Notes under the pieces: generated by a model
What the model was told of the DNA's origin: nothing
Seen by the model: the letters and a program-made list of their open reading frames with translations, nothing else
Database searches by the model: none
Shown here: positions 28,268 to 35,656 of the stretch, one piece after another
Layout: every line of letters starts with the position of its first letter
Position numbering within the stretch: position 1 is the first letter of the stretch
From: Acidimicrobiales bacterium
GTDB taxonomy: Bacteria > Actinomycetota > Acidimicrobiia > Acidimicrobiales > Iamiaceae
Assembly (NCBI GenBank): GCA_038253965.1
Contig: JBBSGQ010000001.1
Coordinates: forward strand, 1 to 36,168
Length of the DNA: 36,168 nucleotides
Direction: 5' to 3'
Translations under genes and position numbers: made by a program

Positions 28268-29139
28268 CCCGCCCGGCGTCGTCGCAGCGTGAGCACACCA
28301 CCAAAGCCGCCGCTGATCACCAGGACACCCAGCACCGCCGCCGCCGCCGCTGCAGCTGCGAGGCCGGCTGTGGACCATCCGGTGTCGTGAGCGGGATCGG
28401 CAGCCGTGCCGCCGAGGCCTGTGGCCATCCCTCCCTGCGGGGCAGCCGGCGTGCCGGCTGAGTCGATGAACGGCACAGCGTCAAGCGTTCCGGCTTCGGT
28501 GTTCACGAGGACCACCGATGACTGGGATCCGGGGTCTGCTGTCCATCCGGCGATCCGGAGCAGCACCTTGTGGGTGGTGACCGCCCGGACCTCGATGTCG
28601 TACTTGCCGGCCTTGACCGATTGATATGGCGTGGCCGATGGGTAGCTGACGTCCTTGGCGAGCGTCGGACCCCCGACGACCGCGATGTCCACCTTGCTCG
28701 CGGCGGGCGCAGTGTGCACGAAGCGTACGAGGGCCGTCCCGGCCTGCGGTACCTGGAGGCGGTCGTCGTACACGTTGCCGGCGAGCCCTCCTCGAGTCGT
28801 GACGGCACCGATGGTCACCGCGCCGTTAGCCGGGATACCCGCGCGCACCTCGAGCACCGTCTGGCCTTCCGGTGTCCGGAGGGCGAACGAGTGCGGGCCG
28901 GCGGGGACCGGAAGGTAGGGCGACACGTGCTTGTAGGTCAGCCCTTTGGCTGCGACCTTGCCGTCGACGATCAGGTCGACCGGGCCTTTGCCAGGAGCGA
29001 AGTGGCCGGCACGCGCGTAGCCGGTCGCAGCGGCCGTCGCTCGGTTGGCCTCGGCTCCAGCCGGAGCGGCTGCGACGAAGGCGAGCGCCATGGCGGAAAG
29101 CCCGGCGGTCAGAATCCAGCGTGTCGATCGACGTCTCAT
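28264..29139 (-). CDS. Secreted DUF4397 repeat protein with C-terminal cell-wall-sorting-like signal
   Basis: Signal peptide MRRRSTRWILTAGLSAMALAFVAAAPAGA. Two DUF4397-type repeats (...PVDLIVDGKVAAKGLTYKHVSPYLPVPAGPHSFALR / VRFVHTAPAASKVDIAVVGG..LAKDVSYPSATPYQSVKAGKYDIEVR). C-terminus: GGMATGLGG, a polar spacer, an Ala/Gly/Val-rich TM and RRRR. SD GGGAG before ATG 29139. Confidence 0.8.
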   Translation of the reverse strand: MRRRSTRWILTAGLSAMALAFVAAAPAGAEANRATAAATGYARAGHFAPGKGPVDLIVDGKVAAKGLTYKHVSPYLPVPAGPHSFALRTPEGQTVLEVRAGIPANGAVTIGAVTTRGGLAGNVYDDRLQVPQAGTALVRFVHTAPAASKVDIAVVGGPTLAKDVSYPSATPYQSVKAGKYDIEVRAVTTHKVLLRIAGWTADPGSQSSVVLVNTEAGTLDAVPFIDSAGTPAAPQGGMATGLGGTAADPAHDTGWSTAGLAAAAAAAAVLGVLVISGGFGGVLTLRRRRAG

Positions 29140-29528
29140 GGCTGACTCCCACTTGCAGTTGTTCGGTTGGCGATAACAACCGCCGTTGCTGCTAGCTGCC
29201 GAACATCGTTCGGATGATCCAGCCGGATTACGCAGTAGTTCGACGGCGACGCTCGATGCACTCTCAGTGAATGCTGTGCAGAACCTCGCTCGGGATGCTA
29301 GGGCGCGTCGGCGGTGCTCCACCTTCGGTCAGGAGGACGCAGTTCACAAGCGCAGCCTCGGGACCCGCAGTGCACGCGCTCGAGAATCGTCGGGGACTTT
29401 TAGCCGAACGTCGCGCGGACGTCACAGCTACCGTCTCGCCCGGGCTACCTCGTGAGCCTCAAGGATTTCTTCCGGGGAGCGCTGCCGGTCGCACTCGGGC
29501 TACGCCGTCCGCACCCCTATGAGCGGCT

Positions 29529-29723
29529 GTGGCCGAGAGCCGTGTTCCCGTGTACGCGTTCGCAGCCAACGGCAACGGTGACCGCTTGTTCAGGGCGACG
29601 CTCAGCGACCGCAACATCGGCTACCGACGGGTGCGGGCCGGGCGCTACGTGATCTACCTCACCAGCAAGCCTGTGCTTCCCGATGAGGTACCCGCCCTGC
29701 GAGCTGCATTCGGGCTGGAGTAG
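29529..29723 (+). CDS. Hypothetical small protein (64 aa), possibly a gene fragment
   Basis: GTG-initiated ORF with good GC3 bias that opens right after an in-frame TGA. No recognisable motif and no clear SD. Confidence 0.3.
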   Translation: MAESRVPVYAFAANGNGDRLFRATLSDRNIGYRRVRAGRYVIYLTSKPVLPDEVPALRAAFGLE

Positions 29724-29869
29724 ATCGGGGCGAACCATGCGCGGTGCCCGTCGCCGTGTTCGTGTTCGGTACGAAGGACGAGGCGGTCAAGGGCACTACC
29801 CGTACCGCTTGTAGAGCTGTCGATCGACCTCAGAATGGCCTGCGCCGGTTCTGCTTCCTGAGTCGACGT

Positions 29870-30766
29870 TCAGCTACGTGGTCGTATGAGGTCTCGCTCG
29901 ACTTTGCGGGCGATCGCCCGGCCGATTAGGTCCATGAGCGCCGGCGACAGACGCTGCAGGTACCAGAGCGACTTGGCGCTGGATGGCACGACGATGACGG
30001 CTCTGTTGCGAGCGATCTGCTCGAGCGCCCGGCGCGCGAACCGATCTGCGGAGACAGGCTTCTGTCGCACGGTGGCCAGGTACTGGCGCGCCGATACGGG
30101 AGCTGACGCGGTCGGCGGTAGGTCCTCCTCCGGTCGGCGATCGAGTATCGGCGTCTCGATCGATCCGGGGCAGAGCACACTGACCCGGACGCCGTGGAGC
30201 GCGGCCTCCGAGCGCAGACCACTGGAGAGGCCGACCACTGCATGTTTGGTCATCGCGTACGCGGTGACGAACGGTGGCGGAGCGAGGCCAGCAGCGGAGG
30301 CTGTGTTGACGATGTGCCCGTAGCCCTGCTCGACCATCCTCGGGTAGGCGGCCAGCACACCGTTGAGGACACCTCGGATGTTCACGTCGATCAGGCGGTT
30401 CCAGTGGGCACTCGTCAGCTCGTGGGTTGGCCCGCCCATCGCAATCCCGGCGTTGTTGAACAACATGTCGAGGCCGCCACCTCTTTCTTGCACGATCTCA
30501 TCCACAAGAGACCGGAACGCGATCTCGTCGCGGGTGTCGAGCTGGCGACCGTCGATCGAACCAGGGCTGCCCGGACCCGGTGCCAGACCGGTCGCAGCGC
30601 AGTTGGCGGCAGTGCCGTCGATGTCGGCCAGGATCACATGGGCGCCGCGGGTGACAAGTTGTGCCCCCAGGGCCCGACCGATGCCCGACGCTCCACCGGT
30701 GATGAGCACAGATTTACCGGCGAAGGCATCAGGTCCTGTCCGCCTCGACCCGCCGCTCGTCATCAC
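29870..30766 (-). CDS. SDR-family (short-chain dehydrogenase/reductase) oxidoreductase
   Basis: KSVLITGGASGIGRALG (TGxxxGxG), NNAG, and catalytic S...YAMTKHAV (YxxxK). Confidence 0.9.
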   Translation of the reverse strand: MMTSGGSRRTGPDAFAGKSVLITGGASGIGRALGAQLVTRGAHVILADIDGTAANCAATGLAPGPGSPGSIDGRQLDTRDEIAFRSLVDEIVQERGGGLDMLFNNAGIAMGGPTHELTSAHWNRLIDVNIRGVLNGVLAAYPRMVEQGYGHIVNTASAAGLAPPPFVTAYAMTKHAVVGLSSGLRSEAALHGVRVSVLCPGSIETPILDRRPEEDLPPTASAPVSARQYLATVRQKPVSADRFARRALEQIARNRAVIVVPSSAKSLWYLQRLSPALMDLIGRAIARKVERDLIRPRS

Positions 30767-30901
30767 AGGATCTTACGGGCGACCGAAAACATCGGGACGA
30801 CGACATCGCACGTCCGACCTCGCGGCGCTTCACCGCGTCAGCCACGAAGCCGCGTCCCGGGTACGACCCGGGGCCGGGACCCGTCGGCGAGACTGGCGGC
30901 C

Positions 30902-31231
30902 ATGGCATTCGGTCAGCAATCAGGTCCGCCGGCGTCGGCAAGACAAGTGCAGGAGCTGCTCGCTCTGCTCCAAGAAGCCGGCCACGACGACTTCCGCGAC
31001 GCGCGCGGACCTATGGGCTTCACCCAGCGGCAGGCCGGCGGCAAGTTCACACGCGACGAGGCAGCAGCGTTCATCGACCAGCTGCAGGACGCCGAACCCG
31101 CATCGATCACGTCTGACCACGCAAGACCGGCGGCGAGGCTGTCAGCGGCCGAGCAGGCGTTGCGACGCATGACGGCCGAGCAGCTGGCCGGCGAGTTGCA
31201 GCGTCGCGGCTGGATAGTGATCGAGCCGTAG
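30902..31231 (+). CDS. Hypothetical protein (109 aa)
   Basis: Only the last 109 codons of ORF 30194..31231 are non-overlapping with the SDR gene. MAFGQQSGPPASARQVQELLALLQEAGHDDFRDARGPMGFTQRQAGGKFTRDEAAAFIDQL... Good GC3 bias; no domain I can name. Confidence 0.6.
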   Translation: MAFGQQSGPPASARQVQELLALLQEAGHDDFRDARGPMGFTQRQAGGKFTRDEAAAFIDQLQDAEPASITSDHARPAARLSAAEQALRRMTAEQLAGELQRRGWIVIEP

Positions 31232-31281
31232 AGTCCGGTGGCGGCGCGCCGCGCAGCCGACCCGGATGGCAGTATGCGAAC

Positions 31282-31767
31282 ATGACGAGCGAGCGGTTGG
31301 AGGTCCAGCGGACGATCGCGGCGGACCCGGCAAGTATCTTCCGACTGCTGTGCGAGCCGTAGGGTCACGTGGCGATCGACAGCTCCGGGATGCTGATCGA
31401 CGCCACGGGCGAGCCCGTGGCCGCCGTCGGCGACAGCTTCGTCGTTCACATGGATCGCGAGGCCCTGAACGACTACCCGATGGGCCGTTATGACGTGACA
31501 GTCACGATCACGACGTTCCTTCCCGACCGCGAGATCGCGTGGACGATCCTCGGCCAGATCCGCCCGCAGATCGGCCACGTCTACGGCTACACGCTCGAGC
31601 CCGTCGACGAAGGCACCCTCGTCACCTCGTACTACGACTGGTCGTCGATCGATCCGGCCTGGAAAGAAGCGGGGATCTTTCCGGTCTTGTCCGAAGGGGC
31701 GCTGCGGGTCACGCTCGGGATACTGGCTCGGACGGTGACCCGGGGCGGCATCGGCGCGTGGTCCTGA
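31282..31767 (+). pseudogene. SRPBCC (START/polyketide-cyclase-like) family gene interrupted by an in-frame TAG at 31360-31362
   Basis: ATG 31282 gives MTSERLEVQRTIAADPASIFRLLCEP, then TAG, then in the same frame GHVAIDSSGMLIDATG... to the stop at 31765-31767. Together this is ~161 codons, the normal SRPBCC size. The ORF track only reports the part from GTG 31369. Confidence 0.6.
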
Positions 31768-31773
31768 ACGGCG

Positions 31774-32095
31774 TCAAGGCAGACGCTCGTTGGGGTCGAT
31801 CGCGTTCCGCCTCCGGAATGACCCTGGCCACCCAGGAGGGAAGGCCGTCGGCGAAGACGTAGCCCGCCCGCTCCCAGTGGCTCAGGTACCTCGAGCGGCG
31901 GATCGGTATGCCGGACCCCGGCTCAACTGTCCCGGTGCTGAACACATACCAGGTGCCTCCTTCACGAGCGATGGAAGGGTCGTGCACGGGGGCCAGGTCA
32001 CCTCGGAGCCAAGACTTGTCGCCGGGTCGAGCCAGAGCCGGGAGAGGCCATGACGCAAGCACCGGGTTGCGGTCGCGTTGTCGTGGTCCTGACAT
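31774..32095 (-). pseudogene. Glycoside hydrolase family 43 (arabinanase-like) remnant
   Basis: ...APVHDPSIAREGGTWYVFSTG....GIPIRRSRYLSHWERAGYVF...PSWV reproduces the first blade of GH43 enzymes, including the catalytic-Asp context. Homology ends after ~95 aa. A different frame then reads NAIDPNERLP-stop (a GH43 late-blade-like motif) ending at 31774. No signal peptide. Confidence 0.55.
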
Positions 32096-32268
32096 CCTGA
32101 AGTCGATCGCTGCGACCAGCCATCCTGGGGAGCGCTCGGGACACCCGGCCGACCGAGATCCAGGGCTGCCGCCCGCTCTGGGGAGGTCAACCGACGGGAG
32201 GCTGGTACCACCAGTCGGCAGGTGCTGGCGGTCTGTCGCCGGTATGCGTGAAAGAGGAGAGTTGTGGG

Positions 32269-34698
32269 ATGAGTGCGGTGTTGACCCTGGTGCGGGCAGG
32301 CCTGCGATCGCGTTGGCGGGGCTCGCTGAGCGCCGCGCTCCTGCTTGGGGTGGCCGGGGGTGTGGTGCTGACGACGGCGGCTGGGGCTCGCCGTACCGAC
32401 ACCGCCTACGCCCGGTTCCTGCGTTCATCCCGGGGTGCTGAGGTCGAGATCGCGCCGAGCGGTCCTGGAGGTCGTCAAAACCTGGGCCGGCTATCGCGCT
32501 ACTACGCCGCGGTGGCCGGGCTGCGCGGGATCGAGGTGGTCGCCCCGACCGTGGGGGTCTCTGCGGTGGTTTCCGGGCAGGGCAACGCCGAGGTTATCTT
32601 GAAAGCCGGTACCGATGCTCGTCTCGGCCGGGACATCGAACGGCCCAAGGTCACCCGGGGCCGGATGTTCGACCCCGCACGCCCCGATGAGGTGGTGGCG
32701 GACCGGACCGCTGCCGCCCAGCTTCACCTGCACGTTGGCAGTGCGGTGCGTCTGCTGGCCGGTCCATCTGGTCGGGACGGCGTCGACGCGACCGCCGCCA
32801 CCCCGCTGACCGTCCGTGTCGTCGGCGTGGCCGTGACCCGCGACAACGTGATCCCTGTCACCGCGTCGGCATCCCAGGAGTCGTTCCTGGTGACGCCGGC
32901 GCTGCTCCGCAGGTTGAGGCCGGACAGCTACGCGTATGACGCGGCGTTCGTCCGCCTCAACCAAGGTGTCTCGGTCGCGTCTTTCCGGCGCCGGGCTCAG
33001 GCCTTGGTACCTCTGCACCCCGAGACCGGGGGTCAGTTGTTCGTGGTCGACGAGCATCAGCAGGCGGGCAAGGTCGAGCAGGGCATCCATCCCCAGGCGG
33101 TGGCTCTTGTGTTGTTCGCGCTGTTGGTCGCGCTGACCGCAGTGCTGGCCATGGGCCAGATCCTGGTTCGCCAGGTGTTCGTTGCTTCCGCTGACCATCC
33201 GACGTTTCGGGCGCTCGGCCTGAGGCCGGCCCAGCTCAGAGCGGTGGAACTGGCCGAGGTCGGTCTCACCGTCGCCAGCGGCGCCGCCATGGCGGTGGTT
33301 GTGGCGATCGCGCTGTCTCCGCTGATGCCGATCGGGCCGGCGCGGGTGGCCGAACCGCACCCTGGCCTGGCGATCAACTGGACGATCTTGGGGTCTGGCG
33401 CCTTCGCCATCGTGGTGGTGTTCGCGCTGCGCCTCGCCCCAGCGGTGTGGCGCCAGCAAACGGGGTCCGGGAGCGCTGTGTCCGCAGGTCCGGTCGAGCG
33501 ACCATCCCGGATCCTTGCATCGCTCACCCGGACCGGTGCCCCGGTCACCGCCACGGTGGGGGCCCGTCTCGCGCTCGAGCCAGGCCGGGGTCACACCGCG
33601 GTCCCGACCCGCAGCACCCTTGTGGGGGCCGCTGTCGCGGTGGCCACCCTGGCTGGCGCCTTCACCTTCGGCACCAACCTGGTCCGAATGGTGAACACGC
33701 CCCGGCTCTACGGACAGGCCTGGCAGGTCTCGGTCGATGTCGAGTTCGGCCAGATCCCCCGGCGCGATGTCGAGACATTCCTTCGCCAGCAGCCAGGCGT
33801 AGCGGGTTGGACGTTCGGCAACCACAGCGACGCCACCGTCGCTGGCCGCCACGTCTTCACCATCGAGCTGACCGGCGCCCATGGACCTCCGATGTTTCCC
33901 ACCCTGCTCGAGGGCCGGGCGCCCCGGGCCCCTGACGAGATCGTCCTCGGAAGCAAGACCTTGGCCAGCGTCCATCGCCATGTGGGCCAAACGGTCAAGG
34001 TGGCCCTCCAGGGCGACGGCACCCCACGAACGATGCAGGTCGTCGGCCGGGCCGTTTTCCCGTTCTTCGGCCAAGGCCAAGACACGCCGACCAGTCTCGG
34101 CGACGGGGCTGCGGTGCTGGATCCCGGACCCAACCCCGACGGCTTCAACTTCTTCCTGGTCGGTATGCGGCACCGGCCCGCCGAGCACGACAACATCGCT
34201 CGCTTCGCCCGCAACCTCAAAGCCACCGGCGTGTGCCACCAGGAATGCCGCGCCGTCACAGCCCAACGGCCAGCGGACGTGAACAACTACGCCCGGATCA
34301 AGACGACTCCCTTGGCGCTCGCCGGCGTCCTGGCCCTGCTGGCCGTGGCCACCGTCGCCCACCTCCTGGTCACGTCGATCCGGCGCCGGCGGCGCGACCT
34401 CGCGGTGCTGAAAGCCCTCGGTTTCGTACGGCGTCAGGTCTCAGCCGCCGTGGCCTGGCAGGCCACCATCGTCGTCGCCCTCGCGCTCCTCATCGGACTG
34501 CCGGTGGGCGTGGCCGCTGGGCGCGAGGCCTGGCGATTCTTCGCCACTCGGTTGGGCGTGGCTCCCGATCCCCAAGTGCCGATCCTCGCCGTGCTCGTGT
34601 TCATCCCAGTCGCGCTGGCCATCGCCAACGCCGTCGCAGCGGTACCGGCCTGGGTCGCCGGGCGCCTGCGCCCGGCGACCGTCCTCCGGAGCGAGTAA
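32269..34698 (+). CDS. FtsX-family (MacB/LolCE-type) ABC transporter permease with duplicated FtsX domain (paralogue of 469..3114)
   Basis: N-terminal LTLVRAGLRSRWRGSLSAALLLGVAGGVVL..RRTDTAYARFL parallels LYLARRTAAHRWGSLLALGCLLAVGFGI..ERTRTAYGRYL in the first copy. The C-terminal ...RRRRDLAVLKALGFVRRQV...AGRLRPATVLRSE parallels the first copy too. ATG 32269 with AAGAGGAGA 8 nt upstream. Confidence 0.85.
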   Translation: MSAVLTLVRAGLRSRWRGSLSAALLLGVAGGVVLTTAAGARRTDTAYARFLRSSRGAEVEIAPSGPGGRQNLGRLSRYYAAVAGLRGIEVVAPTVGVSAVVSGQGNAEVILKAGTDARLGRDIERPKVTRGRMFDPARPDEVVADRTAAAQLHLHVGSAVRLLAGPSGRDGVDATAATPLTVRVVGVAVTRDNVIPVTASASQESFLVTPALLRRLRPDSYAYDAAFVRLNQGVSVASFRRRAQALVPLHPETGGQLFVVDEHQQAGKVEQGIHPQAVALVLFALLVALTAVLAMGQILVRQVFVASADHPTFRALGLRPAQLRAVELAEVGLTVASGAAMAVVVAIALSPLMPIGPARVAEPHPGLAINWTILGSGAFAIVVVFALRLAPAVWRQQTGSGSAVSAGPVERPSRILASLTRTGAPVTATVGARLALEPGRGHTAVPTRSTLVGAAVAVATLAGAFTFGTNLVRMVNTPRLYGQAWQVSVDVEFGQIPRRDVETFLRQQPGVAGWTFGNHSDATVAGRHVFTIELTGAHGPPMFPTLLEGRAPRAPDEIVLGSKTLASVHRHVGQTVKVALQGDGTPRTMQVVGRAVFPFFGQGQDTPTSLGDGAAVLDPGPNPDGFNFFLVGMRHRPAEHDNIARFARNLKATGVCHQECRAVTAQRPADVNNYARIKTTPLALAGVLALLAVATVAHLLVTSIRRRRRDLAVLKALGFVRRQVSAAVAWQATIVVALALLIGLPVGVAAGREAWRFFATRLGVAPDPQVPILAVLVFIPVALAIANAVAAVPAWVAGRLRPATVLRSE

Positions 34699-35029
34699 GC
34701 GGCCGTTGGTACCGTCCATCGGCTGCAGGCAATAGCCGAACGCCACCAACGCTGGCGGTGCCGCGCGCACGACTACACGACTTCAGGTCGCGCGGCCCCC
34801 GCCGAACCAAGCGGCTATGTCAGCGCTTCGGGTCTGACAGGCTAAGAGGTTAAGGGCCCATTGCAAGAGTGCACAGGGAGCCCCTGCGCCCGTTGAAGCG
34901 CCATCTCAGCAACGCGGTGTTCCGCCAGCCCCTCGCCGACGCTCGACGCGCACGCCCATAGGGGCCGGGGAAGACAGACGGGGACGACTCAAGGCCAACG
35001 TGACAGGCCCTTTGGACTGCTTGTTCGTG

Positions 35030-35080
35030 TGGTGGTCGGGACCGGCGTCGATCCGGTGACCTTCCGCTTTTCAGGCGGAA
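35030..35080 (-). other. Orphan 3' half of a tRNA-Phe(GAA) gene (anticodon arm to CCA); likely att-site relic
   Basis: The minus strand reads TTCCGC-CTGAAAA-GCGGAA (anticodon loop with GAA), AGGTC variable loop, ACCGG-ATCGACG-CCGGT T-arm (T54 replaced by A), CCCGACC acceptor strand and ACCA. The ~25 nt upstream (AGTTAGCACCTGCC...) cannot pair with the acceptor or form a D-arm. Confidence 0.6.
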
Positions 35081-35585
35081 TAGGCTGGGTTGGCAGGTGC
35101 TAACTCATGCTGTGCCGTCCGCATAATCCCTGGTCAGGCGCACTGGGCGGCAGAGAGCATCACCGGACGACAGGCGCCGGACGCGGGATGCTCGCGGGAT
35201 CGACGCGGGATGGAGACGAATCTTGCTAAGACTTGCGGTCGTCACGCTGCGTGGCAGGCGTCGAGAAGTCGCGCCGCTCACTTGGACATGCTCGTCCTCG
35301 TGGTAGCACGAGGCGCCTATGTCGGGTCGGGCAGTCTGGGCGTGTTCGCGGTCGGCCCGTCAAGGCGACGGATCCGGCCACTGGCGTTGCCAGGTTGGCT
35401 GCCGGCGCTGAGAGAGGGTGGACGTCGGTGAACGAGTGGTACTTGATTTGCAGGTCTCCGAGCGCGAAGAAAGTTTGCTGGGGCACCGAACGTTGCGAAG
35501 CTACTGCACTCAAAAGGTAGACCGATAAGGCCTCGCCGGGGAGGGAACGTGAACATGTTTGACCGGCTCTCCACGAACTGCCGGC

Positions 35586-35627
35586 GATCGCGGATTTTCC
35601 CCGGTGTCGATCATCGAAATTCCCTGG
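35586..35627. repeat. Imperfect 19-nt direct repeat (period 23 nt), candidate IS21-type subterminal transposase-binding repeats
   Basis: GATCGCGGATTTTCCCCGG (35586-35604) vs GATCATCGAAATTCCCTGG (35609-35627): 13/19 identical. It lies 30-70 nt beyond the istB stop in a locally AT-richer stretch. Confidence 0.3.
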
Positions 35628-35656
35628 CTGACCAGCCGGGTGGGGTGTTGCTGAGA

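Noticed and set aside
30194-31231. 345-aa + strand ORF as a single gene
   Set aside because: The first ~236 codons are antisense to the SDR gene. Only the portion from ATG 30902 lies in intergenic space with a plausible start.
32491-34362. 623-aa minus-strand ORF
   Set aside because: It is antisense to the second FtsX permease. Same high-GC artefact.
35030-35105. Complete tRNA-Phe gene on the minus strand
   Set aside because: The 3' half folds perfectly. The would-be 5' acceptor strand (AGTTAGC) cannot pair with CCCGACC, and no GCTCAG...GAGC D-arm exists. It was therefore called a fragment only.
35090-35520. ORFs 35090..35431 (+), 35233..35520 (+) and the minus-strand ORFs across the same region, as possible integrase or transposase fragments
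   Set aside because: No integrase (R..HxxR..Y) or transposase motifs in any frame, poor codon-bias appearance, and mutual overlap.
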